Assembly: GCA_964474705.1 (NCBI GenBank)
Contig: CAYYUI010000004.1
Span: 7,373-71,372 of the forward strand
Reading direction: 5' to 3'
Length of the DNA stretch: 64,000 nt
From: an uncultured bacterium
Lineage (GTDB): Bacteria; Muiribacteriota; Ozemobacteria; Ozemobacterales; Ozemobacteraceae
Below the pieces are notes generated by a model that was not told the DNA's origin, made no database searches, and saw only the letters and a program-made list of their open reading frames with translations. A program made the position numbers and the translations under genes. Shown here piece by piece: positions 61,820 through 64,000 of this stretch (positions within the stretch are counted from its first letter, which is position 1; each line of letters opens with the position of its first letter).

Positions 61820-64000
61820 ATGCTGAAAAGTTCTCGTTTTTTATGGTTGGGAATCATTTTCATTCTTCTTTCTGACGCTGCTTATGCAGCCGATGCTCTC
61901 GGTTTTGCCAAAAAAATACTGAGTCTTGCCGATTTAAAGTGTGAATACGGCTGGGGCGTCGACACCTACGAGGACGTAATACCAATCAAACAGATAAGAC
62001 CGATGGTTTCGGGGATTGAACCGATGCTCGATCCAGGCAAACTTGACAATGGCGGCGACCTCACAAAAATGGTCAAGGAATCTGATGGCAAAAAGGTTCT
62101 CAACGAGATAAACAAGAACGGCGGCGTCATCTGCCGCAACGAAAACTTCATCAATTTCCTCAACAAACATTTTTATCTTGATTCGGGCAGTTACGGCGAC
62201 GAAGAAGTTCCTGTCTGGCACGATCAGAAAATCGAAAAATTCCCTTATCCCTACGACCCGGGAAAGAAACCCCATACCAAGCGCTTCTTCCTGTGCCTTA
62301 AAAAAGAACCGACCTGGCATTTCATTCCGCCTGCAGGCGATGTAAAGCCTGATGCAATTTCGTGTGAGGTCAACAAAAGCCTGTGCGACTATAATAACAC
62401 CTGTAAAAAAGAAGAAATCAAGGAAGACAAAAACCTTGACGGTGACACCGATGACGAAGGTGAAAAAGAAACCAAAGAAGAACACCATCAGACGACTCCC
62501 AACGTCTACACCAAACTGGGCGACTATCTTAAAAGCCTCAAAACCGAATGTCCGGGCGTCGAAATGGATCAGAGTGGCGTCGAATTCAAACTGATTTTTA
62601 AAGACCGCACTCCGCCGACAATTGAAGGTTGCGCCGAAGACAAATTTCCCGAACTTGGCACCAACAGGCCTGCCACCACCGGTGACTGGTACAAAATCGA
62701 AGGGCTGAAAATCAGCGACAACTCGTCAAAATACATCGGCACCTGTCTTGCTCTCGGCAAAATCGACAAAATTCCCGCCCTCGACTGGACATCCGAAGAA
62801 AACTGGGTGACAGAGCCCCCGAGGGCTCTTAAATCAGGTGACGACAGCGACTATATCATCATGCCGAACGCCTGCCACGGTGTAATGCGTTACAGCGTCT
62901 TTGCCTGGGACCAGTCAGGAAACGTCAATCCGGGTGAACCGAACATCAGGCAGGATGACCCAGGTAACTGTTACGGCCTGCGCAACCCGCCCGACGGCAA
63001 CGCAGATCTCGGCGACATTCCAAACAAGGCTCTGCCCTGGCCGATTGTCGCTTCCTGGCCCGCAGGAACCGGCGATATCGACGAAACAAACATTGAAAAA
63101 ATCGATATGACTACTGTCAAGCCTGGCGATCGTCGCAGTGAAGGCTACGTTCACATTCGCGACAATGACCTGCCGAACGTTCTCGTTCGCATCGAGTCGG
63201 TAAAAGACGGTTCAAAAATGTTTTTCCCACCGGTAATGCCCCCTGGCAGCCTGCCAATCTTCAACTCCACTGAGTTCGACAAAGCTGCTGCCGATCCTGA
63301 CGGCAACGCCAAGGTTTATCGCAATTTTGTCGGCATCACTCCGGAAGTGAAATTTGATACCACCAAACTCGCCGATGCAAATCTGAAACTGCCGATCTAT
63401 TTCAAAGTTCTGGCCGCGGCACCCCGCAAAATCTTGAGTAGTGGTGATATTGGCATTCATGACGACGACAGGACCAGAGTTGAATTTTTCAAAGATACAG
63501 CAAAACTTGAGTTCACCAAAACGCACGTCAGGCTTGAAGACTACAACCAGTCAGATACCAGACCAGACGGCTCGCTTGAAAACAACGAAGGCACCTTCGG
63601 GGCCCGCAACGGCTTTGGCGGTGAAATCTGCGCTCTGCTTACCGAACCTCTTCAGGAAGACGTCGAATACAAAATCAGCATCTGGGTAGACGACAACGTC
63701 AAATGGGCGACCGTCGACGAAGCAAACAAGGTTCTTGAAAAGATTATTGCAGTTCCAACCGGAGTTGTAGCCGGCGAAGTCAAAGTTGAAGTGCCGAATC
63801 AGTATCCAACCGCCTCGTATCGCACCGCCCTGACCAAAGACAAAGCCGTATCAGAGCCTTTAACCGTCGTCTTCCGTGAACCAACGCCTGATTTTAAAGG
63901 CGAACCGTCCGAAAAGGCTCTTGACTCGCAAAAATTCCCATACATCATGGCTACAGCAACCGATTACGCCGGACTCACCCGAAAGATCAAGCTCTACGTC
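61820..64000 (+). CDS. large secreted hypothetical protein, C-terminus beyond the right edge
   Basis: Absent from the ORF track because there is no stop inside the window. My translation from the ATG at 61820 is open for 727 codons: MLKSSRFLWLGIIFILLSDAAYAADA.. (signal peptide). It starts 3 nt after the TPR gene. Confidence 0.7.
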   Translation, partial: MLKSSRFLWLGIIFILLSDAAYAADALGFAKKILSLADLKCEYGWGVDTYEDVIPIKQIRPMVSGIEPMLDPGKLDNGGDLTKMVKESDGKKVLNEINKNGGVICRNENFINFLNKHFYLDSGSYGDEEVPVWHDQKIEKFPYPYDPGKKPHTKRFFLCLKKEPTWHFIPPAGDVKPDAISCEVNKSLCDYNNTCKKEEIKEDKNLDGDTDDEGEKETKEEHHQTTPNVYTKLGDYLKSLKTECPGVEMDQSGVEFKLIFKDRTPPTIEGCAEDKFPELGTNRPATTGDWYKIEGLKISDNSSKYIGTCLALGKIDKIPALDWTSEENWVTEPPRALKSGDDSDYIIMPNACHGVMRYSVFAWDQSGNVNPGEPNIRQDDPGNCYGLRNPPDGNADLGDIPNKALPWPIVASWPAGTGDIDETNIEKIDMTTVKPGDRRSEGYVHIRDNDLPNVLVRIESVKDGSKMFFPPVMPPGSLPIFNSTEFDKAAADPDGNAKVYRNFVGITPEVKFDTTKLADANLKLPIYFKVLAAAPRKILSSGDIGIHDDDRTRVEFFKDTAKLEFTKTHVRLEDYNQSDTRPDGSLENNEGTFGARNGFGGEICALLTEPLQEDVEYKISIWVDDNVKWATVDEANKVLEKIIAVPTGVVAGEVKVEVPNQYPTASYRTALTKDKAVSEPLTVVFREPTPDFKGEPSEKALDSQKFPYIMATATDYAGLTRKIKLYV

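Overview
This is a chromosomal segment of about 50% GC from an anaerobe-type bacterium. It carries many sigma54 regulators, radical SAM, NifX-like and FmdE genes, and many prepilin-type proteins. The lineage cannot be named from sequence alone. I call about 60 protein genes at high coding density. Neither edge gene is in the ORF track, because each runs off the window: a CoA-disulfide reductase/NADH oxidase-type flavoprotein (complement <1..1110) and a large secreted protein (61820..>64000). Recognisable housekeeping genes are aspS, hrpB, fba and a 1-Cys peroxiredoxin. Modules: (i) DUF5320 / radical SAM / FmdE genes, and 13 kb away a DUF134 / NifX-like / fused MinD-ferredoxin ATPase / NifX-like cluster, which share an operator-like box; (ii) a Zn/Mn-type ABC importer preceded by a porin-like protein; (iii) DUF364, a GAF sigma54 activator, a sigma54 promoter and the peroxiredoxin; (iv) an ABC/ABC-2 pair with a His-rich TPR protein; (v) two paralogous GspK/I/J-like pseudopilin triads, one behind an ECF sigma/anti-sigma pair and one in front of an HExxH zincin and a tandem inactive copy; (vi) a cpxP-like / cpxRA-like unit with a GTAAA-N5-GTAAA box; (vii) a divergent rtcR / SPFH-rtcA-rtcB RNA-repair locus. 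The most interesting signal is in (vii). A consensus-spaced sigma54 promoter fires into a 73-nt tRNA-Thr(UGU)-shaped element. Its tertiary-contact positions are intact, but its acceptor end is mismatched. No rRNA, CRISPR array or transposase was seen. A composite non-coding repeat family occurs at three or more intergenic sites.
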